From a virus (lineage: Duplodnaviria; Caudoviricetes), in the IMG/VR virus record IMGVR_UViG_3300030095_002378, positions 1 to 25,307 of that record: a stretch of DNA of 25,307 bases. One strand, 5' to 3'. Shown in pieces: positions 9,108 to 15,376 of this stretch (positions are counted from its first letter, which is position 1; each line of letters begins with the position of its first letter). The position numbers and the translations under genes are program-made. Below the pieces are notes generated by a model. That model was not told the DNA's origin. It ran no database searches and saw only the letters and a program-made list of their open reading frames with translations.

Positions 9108-9405
9108 AAACCTCTCCTACTGCATCTTTATCATAATGCAAATTATCATACATACCTGATTGCATTTTACTTGGTTTAAAATCAGGTAGATCATATTGTT
9201 CTTCAGAACGTCTTTTAATTTGTTTTGGTTTTTCTTTGAATTTTGCACGTTTATCCCAATGTCTATCTACACCATAAAACTCATCTAAAATTTGTTCTAA
9301 TAATTGAATTTTTCTTTGATTGGGATTAGCTTGTAACTTTTCATTTAATGTTTTTTCTTCACTTGCCTCAATCATTATTATCAACTTTTCTCTATTTATT
9401 ACCAT
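9091..9405 (-). CDS. Hypothetical protein
   Basis: 104 aa with SD GAGGA, in the early operon. Confidence 0.65.
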   Translation of the reverse strand: MVINREKLIIMIEASEEKTLNEKLQANPNQRKIQLLEQILDEFYGVDRHWDKRAKFKEKPKQIKRRSEEQYDLPDFKPSKMQSGMYDNLHYDKDAVGEVCGINE

Positions 9406-9433
9406 AACTCATCCTCTTGTATTTGTTCCCTCT

Positions 9434-9898
9434 CTAATTGAATTTTTTTTTAGTTTCTTCATAACCACCATTTTTTGCTTTTTCAGCAAGTAATAAATGA
9501 TTATCTACCATATCAGGTTCATTTTCTTTTTTAAATTGTTCTGCTTGTATTAAATGATATTCAATTTTATTCTTTGTATCTAACCCTCTTAAAACTGCCT
9601 GACAAATTCGTGATCCATAAAGTTTTGCTTGTTTACTTATTTGTACTGGTGGTTTATAAGATAATTGTTCTTTATTAGATTTAAATATCGGTTCAACAAC
9701 TTGCCAAGATGGGTATCTTTTAGGTTGTAATTGTTTTTTAAAATCTTGCCAAGATTCAACTACCACCTCTTGAGTATATTGACCTAAACAATGCCTCCAA
9801 AATCTTACCTGAACATCATTAAATTTTAAAACTATGTGTTGTTCAATCTCTAAAATAGAGGATTCAAGTAAATCATTAGTCATTTCAGTTTGTTGCAT
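9434..9898 (-). CDS. Hypothetical replication-module protein (helicase loader/inhibitor position)
   Basis: Overlaps the end of the initiator gene. ATG 9898 with SD AAGGA; function inferred from position only. Confidence 0.55.
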   Translation of the reverse strand: MQQTEMTNDLLESSILEIEQHIVLKFNDVQVRFWRHCLGQYTQEVVVESWQDFKKQLQPKRYPSWQVVEPIFKSNKEQLSYKPPVQISKQAKLYGSRICQAVLRGLDTKNKIEYHLIQAEQFKKENEPDMVDNHLLLAEKAKNGGYEETKKKFN

Positions 9899-10361
9899 TT
9901 GCAAGTTCCTTTTTCTTCATCTTTTGTAATTCTTCAAAACCAACAACTTGTTTTGTTTTATTATGTTCTATTCTATTATATTCTATTCTATTGGTAGTGA
10001 TTACTCCGTGAGCATTCAATGAGTCCTCACTGATATTGTATTTAGATGGTATAGGTCTGTTTATTTTTTGATATTTTTTCCAGTTCTTTACCAGTAAAAT
10101 ATCATCTCCAAATTCTTCTTCTTTAATTGCAACAATAAGACCTATTTCAACAAGTTCTTCTTTTAATTTTCTTACATCATCTTTTGTAATATCATCAGCA
10201 GGAAATATTTCTGCTTTTAATTTTAGATCACTATTTTTATGGATACCCTCATCATCACAAAAGTTCCACAATCCAATAAATAATAATCTTGCAGAATGAC
10301 TTAAGGTCATCATCTTTTCATCACACCAAAATTGTGGATCAATCATTCTTTTTCGTGCCAT
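9885..10361 (-). CDS. Phage replication initiator/replisome organiser
   Basis: MARKRMIDPQFWCDEK...ARLLFIGLWNFCDDEG...VKNWKKYQKINRP is a typical initiator N-terminal domain, followed by an internal repeat region. Confidence 0.8.
   Translation of the reverse strand: MARKRMIDPQFWCDEKMMTLSHSARLLFIGLWNFCDDEGIHKNSDLKLKAEIFPADDITKDDVRKLKEELVEIGLIVAIKEEEFGDDILLVKNWKKYQKINRPIPSKYNISEDSLNAHGVITTNRIEYNRIEHNKTKQVVGFEELQKMKKKELANATN
9951..10040. repeat. Putative replication origin: AT-rich pentamer array plus four 11-bp iteron-like repeats
   Basis: TTATG-TTCTA-TTCTA-TTATA-TTCTA-TTCTA at 9961-9990. GTGATTACTCC/GTGAGCATTCA/ATGAGTCCTCA/CTGATATTGTA at 9997-10040. Confidence 0.55.
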
Positions 10362-10504
10362 TAAACCATCCCTTTTATCTTTTGATATTCTTTTACAAGT
10401 TCTCTCATAAGGTCATTCAATTGGTCAATAGTGCAATCAATAAGGCTATTATTACCACAGATGCGATGTTTAACCCTATGAGTAACTTGTAATCCTTGTT
10501 CCAT
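10361..10504 (-). CDS. Small hypothetical protein (at least 47 aa; frame open to 10594; not in the track)
   Basis: MEQGLQVTHRVKHRICGNNSLIDCTIDQLNDLMRELVKEYQKIKGMV; the stop overlaps the initiator ATG (TAATG). Confidence 0.5.
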   Translation of the reverse strand: MEQGLQVTHRVKHRICGNNSLIDCTIDQLNDLMRELVKEYQKIKGMV

Positions 10505-10569
10505 ACCAAGTCTATTACAAAAAGCAGTTTGTGCTTTAGCAAACCTTTGACATATTTTAATTTTCTCAT
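10417..10569 (-). CDS. Possible 50-aa membrane peptide (not in the track)
   Basis: ATG immediately after the TAG of the upstream gene. MRKLKYVKGLLKHK...LLIGLNIASVVIIALLIALLTN has a hydrophobic C-terminal helix. Confidence 0.35.
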   Translation of the reverse strand: MRKLKYVKGLLKHKLLFVIDLVWNKDYKLLIGLNIASVVIIALLIALLTN

Positions 10570-10809
10570 CTAAAATGGTAACTCTATTTCTTCCTCATTT
10601 TTTTTAGTTTCAGGTTCAGGATCAACTAATTCACGTTCAATGATCAAACCGATATAGGTATCATCATCTTTAGTTTGATTGTTCCATCCTGCTACCTTGT
10701 AAACTACTTTTTTTCCATCAGGAGTTAGTTTTTCCATCTCCATCTTCCCTCTCCAATCAGGGTGTTTTTCTTGGTCTTTGTATTGGTTTTTAAATATATT
10801 TATTCTCAT
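10570..10809 (-). CDS. DUF736-like / SSB-like OB-fold protein
   Basis: KHPDWRG and VAGW motifs with an acidic tail ending EEIELPF (SSB-type tip); follows the ERF gene. Confidence 0.65.
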   Translation of the reverse strand: MRINIFKNQYKDQEKHPDWRGKMEMEKLTPDGKKVVYKVAGWNNQTKDDDTYIGLIIERELVDPEPETKKNEEEIELPF

Positions 10810-11312
10810 TAGAAATCATCTCCCATAATATCTGTGTTATTATTTTCTACTACACCATTACTCACAATTTTTGGTTGTGGAGTAAATTGTTTTTGTGGTT
10901 GTTTTTTTGGTACAGATTCTTGTTCTAATGAACCATCTGTATCTTCTCCACTTGCAAGATTTAAAAGTGCCATTATACTATATCTTCTATAATAAGTGAT
11001 TGCAGTACCTGCACTTTGATATAGATTTATTCTTTTACTAGATTCAATATTAGTTTGCATTTTGTTGCTTATAAATTGACCTGATTCGTGGCACAATAAT
11101 GTTTCAATACCAATCATTATATCATCTCCAACTGGTAGTTGTATAATCACCAGTTTATGTTTTTCTAATATTGGTTTTACTTTAATTAAAAGATTATCTA
11201 AAGATGTGTATTCATACATCCCTTTTGAATCTTTATCCATCACTTTAGGTAGTTCAGATTGTACTTTTAAAAGTGCAGGAATTAATTGATCTAATTTTTC
11301 TGATGTTTGCAT
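10809..11312 (-). CDS. erf: ERF-family single-strand annealing recombinase
   Basis: YEYTSLD, ETLLCHESGQFI and QSAGTAITYYRRYSIMALLNLASGEDTDG form the ERF signature. Confidence 0.9.
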   Translation of the reverse strand: MQTSEKLDQLIPALLKVQSELPKVMDKDSKGMYEYTSLDNLLIKVKPILEKHKLVIIQLPVGDDIMIGIETLLCHESGQFISNKMQTNIESSKRINLYQSAGTAITYYRRYSIMALLNLASGEDTDGSLEQESVPKKQPQKQFTPQPKIVSNGVVENNNTDIMGDDF

Positions 11313-11443
11313 TTTTTTTCCTCAATTTTTTTAATTTTTATATCAACATTTTTTAATTCACGTTTTATAATTAAACGTAAAGTATTAGAATCCATTGCTA
11401 GTACAATTTCTTCAAGTTCGTATCTAGTAAAATCATTTTTCAT
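11291..11443 (-). CDS. Small hypothetical protein (50 aa; not in the track)
   Basis: MKNDFTRYELEEIVLAMDSNTLRLIIKRELKNVDIKIKKIEEKKCKHQKN. ATGA overlap with the upstream gene; fills the gap in the operon. Confidence 0.6.
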   Translation of the reverse strand: MKNDFTRYELEEIVLAMDSNTLRLIIKRELKNVDIKIKKIEEKKCKHQKN

Positions 11444-11802
11444 ATTTCAACAATCCCAATTTTTTTTAATATTTTCATATTGGATTCATATGCACTAGGA
11501 TGTATTAATGATGTTTCAAAATCAGATGTAAAAAAATATGTAAAAGAATCTGTAGAAGGCTCACTATATCCATCTATTACAATATTAGAATCTCTAAATA
11601 CTATAAAAGATGATTCTGTTATATCTATAAAATCATAATCATTATAATAAAATTCATAATTGTATGTTTTTTTTATGTACCTAGTATCTATTATTTGCAA
11701 TCTTGGGTTCAATGTTTTAGTTCGATGCAAATATTTTGCGATAAACATTCTTCTGTTTAATTGATATAGTTTATCTTCCAAATGATTTATTGGTTTTGTC
11801 AT
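11440..11802 (-). CDS. Hypothetical protein
   Basis: 120 aa, very AT-rich, co-oriented in the early operon. Confidence 0.6.
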   Translation of the reverse strand: MTKPINHLEDKLYQLNRRMFIAKYLHRTKTLNPRLQIIDTRYIKKTYNYEFYYNDYDFIDITESSFIVFRDSNIVIDGYSEPSTDSFTYFFTSDFETSLIHPSAYESNMKILKKIGIVEI

Positions 11803-11822
11803 AATATTAAATCTTGATTTTA

Positions 11823-12002
11823 TTATAAATCTTCAAACCAAGTCATAAATCTCCAGTAAGTATTGACCATTCTTCTCCAAATTGTTGGTTTTGTTTTACC
11901 AAATGCAGTTAGAATTGCAACTGCTTTAGATTCGTATGGTGGATAACTTGGTTGATAAACTTTGTTAAATTCTTCTTCGTAGTAATTATGTACTTTACTC
12001 AT
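11823..12002 (-). CDS. Small hypothetical protein
   Basis: Start moved to ATG 12002 (MSKVHNYY) because of SD AAGGAG; 59 aa. Confidence 0.65.
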   Translation of the reverse strand: MSKVHNYYEEEFNKVYQPSYPPYESKAVAILTAFGKTKPTIWRRMVNTYWRFMTWFEDL

Positions 12003-12180
12003 TATGATTCTCCTTAGATTCAACCATCTCATCTATTTCTGTAATGGTTTTTTTTATCATATTTATTAAAGTGTTAAACTCTTTATTAAATTCATTTATA
12101 GAATTGGTATAACTAGAAAAAGCAGAGTCGTAATTGCTTACGACATCTGCTTTATTGTAGGGATTCTCGTGTCTTTTCAC
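11995..12180 (-). CDS. Small hypothetical protein
   Basis: 61 aa; GTGA overlap with the upstream gene. Confidence 0.55.
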   Translation of the reverse strand: MKRHENPYNKADVVSNYDSAFSSYTNSINEFNKEFNTLINMIKKTITEIDEMVESKENHNE

Positions 12181-12836
12181 GAAGAGATCTCACTTAAATT
12201 TCTAGGTGAAAGTGTGTATTGAGTTCCTTTAGCACCAAAATCTCCACCTAAAGTCCTCATTGTGAACCTTTGTTTTTTAACTTCAATTAAAAAACATGAA
12301 GCAAACAATCTATTTAATCTTGTATAAAGACAATCGTATTTGACCTCACATTTTAGTCTTTGAATTAAATCGCATAAAAGGTTTCGCTCAAAACTATCAG
12401 TCGGACAATCTTTAGGTTTATAAAAAGTCTTTAAATGATAGTTTTCTATTGCAGTTCCAATTATTACTTCTCTGTCATTTTTAGTTAAACTCTTGTAAAA
12501 ATCATCACTCATGTCTTCAACCATTTTTTCAGTATCCATAAGAGGTCTCAACTCATATCGCTTTCCACCATTCAAACAAAAACTGCCTGTTGTTGGAAAA
12601 AATGAAATGTTTTTGTCTGGTAAAACAACATAAAAATCATCATCAACATCAGACCAAGGATTGGTATTTTTATTATTAGTGATATATTTATATAATGCCC
12701 AATCTTCTAAATTGGCATCATCGATATCTTCATAACCATTTTCAAAAAAAAGATTAACATTTTCTGTAAAAGTTCTTGTAATTGAAGTCTTTTCAAGATA
12801 GTTAAAAGTGTTATCGTTTGTAATAGTGTTTTTCAT
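12177..12836 (-). CDS. Hypothetical protein, first gene of the early leftward operon
   Basis: Start moved to ATG 12836 (MKNTITND, 219 aa) with SD GGGAG. The track start at 12956 lies at the promoter -10. Confidence 0.7.
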   Translation of the reverse strand: MKNTITNDNTFNYLEKTSITRTFTENVNLFFENGYEDIDDANLEDWALYKYITNNKNTNPWSDVDDDFYVVLPDKNISFFPTTGSFCLNGGKRYELRPLMDTEKMVEDMSDDFYKSLTKNDREVIIGTAIENYHLKTFYKPKDCPTDSFERNLLCDLIQRLKCEVKYDCLYTRLNRLFASCFLIEVKKQRFTMRTLGGDFGAKGTQYTLSPRNLSEISS

Positions 12837-12858
12837 TGTATTATTCTCCCAAATAATA

Positions 12859-12912
12859 GATGATCGTGCAGAACTAATGATTGATGAGCAGGGCTGTTCT
12901 GCACTTTCATCA
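12859..12912 (-). promoter_or_regulatory. Structured 5' leader with alternative hairpins
   Basis: Perfect 9-bp inverted repeat GTGCAGAAC (12866-74)/GTTCTGCAC (12896-904), extended by GATGA/TCATC. A competing pairing joins 12882-12891 with 12899-12912. Confidence 0.55.
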
Positions 12913-12955
12913 GGTTTTATGTTAAGTTTAGTTAAGTAATCAATCATTATACACA

Positions 12956-12984
12956 AGTATAATATTCATTTTTATTAATTACAA
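12956..12984 (-). promoter_or_regulatory. Sigma-70-type early (lytic) promoter
   Basis: Minus strand TTGTAA (12984-12979) - 17 bp - TATACT (12961-12956). Confidence 0.7.
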
Positions 12985-13034
12985 GTAAATAATTACTAAT
13001 ACTTAATACTATAATTACCAGTAATTACTAGTAA
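12979..13034. promoter_or_regulatory. Three operator-like palindromes TTAC-NA-GTAA
   Basis: TTACAAGTAA 12979-88 (covers the -35), TTACCAGTAA 13015-24 and TTACTAGTAA 13025-34. A degenerate copy TTACTAATAC lies at 12993-13002. Confidence 0.6.
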
Positions 13035-13070
13035 ATGAGGTTGCAAATTATTAAATTATAGTACTTAATT

Positions 13071-13889
13071 ATGGTCGTGAATACTAGAACAGCAGTTATT
13101 AAAATGATTGAAGAATCACGATTACCAATAAGTAGAGTCGCTGACCTCGCAGGGATGGCAAGTAATTCATTATTTCGTTTAAAACGTGATCCAAATTCTA
13201 AATGTCGTAGCTATAATGTGGAGAAGATAGCAGAGATTTGTGGATTTGATGTTAAGTGGGATACAAAATTACCTGATGAATGTAACATTATAAAACAACT
13301 AGACGTTGTACCAAGCGAGGATATAAATATGAACGGATTTACCAATGAGATTGAAAAGTTGGCAGATAGGATTGCTGATTACAAAATGGAAAGCAGAATG
13401 AAAGACCAGGAAATTGAACAATTAAAAGAAAAAATAAATTCAATAAATATTGATGCAGATGATAAAGATTTTATAAAAATGGATAAGTTTCATAGTTGTT
13501 GCAAAATGCAAGTAAGAATAAAAGGATTAACATTAGAGAGTAGATTGCTTGAGGTAACTGGTAAAGATTCTTGCTTTAAGCATTTAGGATATAGTGTTGC
13601 TGAATTAGAGGAGATGTGGGATACCGATGTTTGGTATAAATCTGATGAACATCCAATCAATGCTTTAATTAATAAAGAATCTCCAACAAAATGGGAGAAT
13701 GCAAAAGCATTTGTGAGAGGTGCTTTGACTATTGCAAAAACTGCATTTATGCAAAATGAAAAGTTTGCTCTACCAGTAATTTATACTCATAAAGATGGAT
13801 CAAAAATAAATACCACTTTATATTTTGAATTTAACATTTCAGAAAAAATTGCAACCATTAAAACTAGGTTTCATAATGGGACACAATAA
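13071..13889 (+). CDS. Repressor-like regulator: XRE/Cro-type HTH + coiled coil + PAS-like domain
   Basis: HTH LPISRVADLAGMASNSLFRLKRD...NVEKIAEICG (aa ~15-60); coiled coil aa ~92-125; PAS-like FKHLGYSVAEL (169-179) and YTHKDGSKI (238-246). Divergent from the early operon and adjacent to attP. Confidence 0.7.
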   Translation: MVVNTRTAVIKMIEESRLPISRVADLAGMASNSLFRLKRDPNSKCRSYNVEKIAEICGFDVKWDTKLPDECNIIKQLDVVPSEDINMNGFTNEIEKLADRIADYKMESRMKDQEIEQLKEKINSINIDADDKDFIKMDKFHSCCKMQVRIKGLTLESRLLEVTGKDSCFKHLGYSVAELEEMWDTDVWYKSDEHPINALINKESPTKWENAKAFVRGALTIAKTAFMQNEKFALPVIYTHKDGSKINTTLYFEFNISEKIATIKTRFHNGTQ

Positions 13890-13911
13890 GTACCCACCTT
13901 TTAGTACCCAC
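13889..13911 (+). repeat. Integrase arm-type sites, left pair
   Basis: AGTACCCAC at 13889-97 and 13903-11 (14-bp period). Confidence 0.8.
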
Positions 13912-13917
13912 TTTTTG

Positions 13918-13947
13918 AACACTAATAAACACTATTAAACATTGTTA
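13918..13947 (+). repeat. Three 10-bp tandem repeats, putative Xis/RDF binding sites
   Basis: AACACTAATA / AACACTATTA / AACATTGTTA between the arm sites and the core. Confidence 0.55.
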
Positions 13948-13994
13948 CTCTCTGAAAATATATTTAATTGAATTTATCGAATATCGTGTTTTTA

Positions 13995-14035
13995 GATTTT
14001 AAGTCCACAGTGTCTACCAATTCCACCACCCGGGC
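13995..14035 (-). other. 5' half of tRNA-Leu(UAA) forming the attP core homology (not a complete tRNA)
   Basis: Minus strand GCCCGGG TG GTGGAATTGGTAGACAC T GTGGA CTTAAAA TC: acceptor 5' strand, Leu-type D arm, anticodon 5' stem and loop with TAA. It then diverges (TCTAA instead of TCCAC); no T arm or 3' end. Confidence 0.9.
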
Positions 14036-14101
14036 ATCGCATCTTTTGTCGTCAATCTTTTTATCAAAAAACTAAATAAATTAAAATGTTAAAAATTGTT
14101 T

Positions 14102-14124
14102 AGTACCCACTTTTTAGTACCCAC
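14102..14124 (+). repeat. Integrase arm-type sites, right pair
   Basis: AGTACCCAC at 14102-10 and 14116-24 (14-bp period, same orientation as the left pair). Confidence 0.8.
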
Positions 14125-14128
14125 CTAA

Positions 14129-15295
14129 TCAAATTTTAGGATAAAAACCTGATTTTTTAACACTTGGAAAATCTGTTTCTAATTGGGATATATGAAATTT
14201 AGTATAACCATCAGTTGTATTAGTATTGGTATGTCCTAATAATCTTGACACTAAATGAATATCTCCAGTTTCAAAATATTTTCGCACTGCAAATGTATCC
14301 CTTAAATTATGAAAATGCAATTTACTTTCTTTTCCTAAAACTTTTTTTACTGCTTGTTTAAATCCTCTTGATATTTTACTACGATCATTGAACTTAACAA
14401 TATGGTATTTTTTATCTTTTGCTTTATTTTGAAAATCAATTAAAAAATCTTTTTGTTCTTGATTTATAATGAACTCTCTGAATCTTTGTTTTCTTTTTGT
14501 TTCCTCCACTGGTATCTTCATCAAATAGTTTTTATTTAATGGAATGATATTAGCATAAAAAGGTTCTTTTAATCTACATCCAGTTTCAACATAAAATTTT
14601 ATAACCTCTTTTAAATAGTTTGCATCTTCACGAGTTTTTTGAAAACCACTAAATTGATTGAAATCACATTGTAATATTTTATCTAATACTGGTTCTGAAA
14701 AATACGTTGGTTCTTTATTGGGTTTAGTTGGTAGTTTTATATTTGGTTTATTATTAAGATCTAAATTCCAATCTTTAAGTTTTTCAGCATAAATGAAATC
14801 AACTAAATACTTAAAATATCTAATACTATTATATGTAAAATATTCAGAATCTTTTTTATTCACATATTTTTTGTACTGCAAAACATCTTTTTGTGATATA
14901 CTTTCAAAATTTTTATTTTTACCAAAACAATCTAAAAGTCTACTTAAAATAATTTTATCTCCTCGGATAGTTTCCTCAGATTGATTTTCTGTTATTTTAT
15001 AATCTATATAATAATCAATTGCATTTTTTAAAGTAATTGTTCTTACTTTACTTACTTTATCTTCATTGATCCATTCAAAATATGTTTTATCTATAACACC
15101 ATTTAATAAATCTTTTCGTCTTTGATGAACTAATAATCCTCGTTTTTGTGCTTGGTTATGTTTTTGTATAGTAGATAAAGACATATCAACTTTTAATGGT
15201 ATTTTAATTTCTTTCTCAACACCATTTATTTTAGTTCTTAATCTATAATAGTAAGCATTATTATGAATTTTCCAATGTACTAACCTGCTCGGCAT
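14129..15295 (-). CDS. int: Tyrosine integrase
   Basis: ETGCRLKE (R), ETK (K), FHNLRDTFA (HxxR), LLGH and TDGY (Y). Probable start ATG 15295 (388 aa); the longer track start overlaps the divergent gene and its SD. Confidence 0.93.
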   Translation of the reverse strand: MPSRLVHWKIHNNAYYYRLRTKINGVEKEIKIPLKVDMSLSTIQKHNQAQKRGLLVHQRRKDLLNGVIDKTYFEWINEDKVSKVRTITLKNAIDYYIDYKITENQSEETIRGDKIILSRLLDCFGKNKNFESISQKDVLQYKKYVNKKDSEYFTYNSIRYFKYLVDFIYAEKLKDWNLDLNNKPNIKLPTKPNKEPTYFSEPVLDKILQCDFNQFSGFQKTREDANYLKEVIKFYVETGCRLKEPFYANIIPLNKNYLMKIPVEETKRKQRFREFIINQEQKDFLIDFQNKAKDKKYHIVKFNDRSKISRGFKQAVKKVLGKESKLHFHNLRDTFAVRKYFETGDIHLVSRLLGHTNTNTTDGYTKFHISQLETDFPSVKKSGFYPKI

Positions 15296-15376
15296 ACACC
15301 AATTTAAGAAAAAATTTAAAATTCTTCTACAATTGACTATTTCATTATAAGTTTTATTAAAAAAGGGAGGTTTGAT

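Larger units (their letters stand above)
13889..14125. mobile_element. Phage attachment site attP
   Basis: Non-coding gap next to the integrase 3' end, with a tRNA-derived core flanked on each side by paired arm-type repeats. Confidence 0.85.

Noticed and set aside
10088-10097. Extra TTACCAGTAA operator-like copy inside the initiator gene
   Set aside because: A single AT-rich 10-mer in coding sequence is plausible by chance, and no promoter is evident nearby.
12855-12915. Hammerhead ribozyme (CUGAUGA followed by a stem on the minus strand)
   Set aside because: The stem is followed by GAUC rather than the required GAAA, and no stems I/III are evident.
12837-12956. N-terminal 40 aa of the 259-aa ORF in the track
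   Set aside because: It starts at the promoter -10 and spans the structured leader. ATG 12836 has a proper SD.
13995-14035. Complete phage-encoded tRNA-Leu gene
   Set aside because: Only the 5' half is present. The anticodon stem 3' strand is broken, and no variable arm, T arm or acceptor 3' strand follows.
13889-14124. CRISPR mini-array from the AGTACCCAC repeats
   Set aside because: The repeats are 9-10 bp with 14-bp spacing and no spacer-sized intervals. They fit integrase arm sites.
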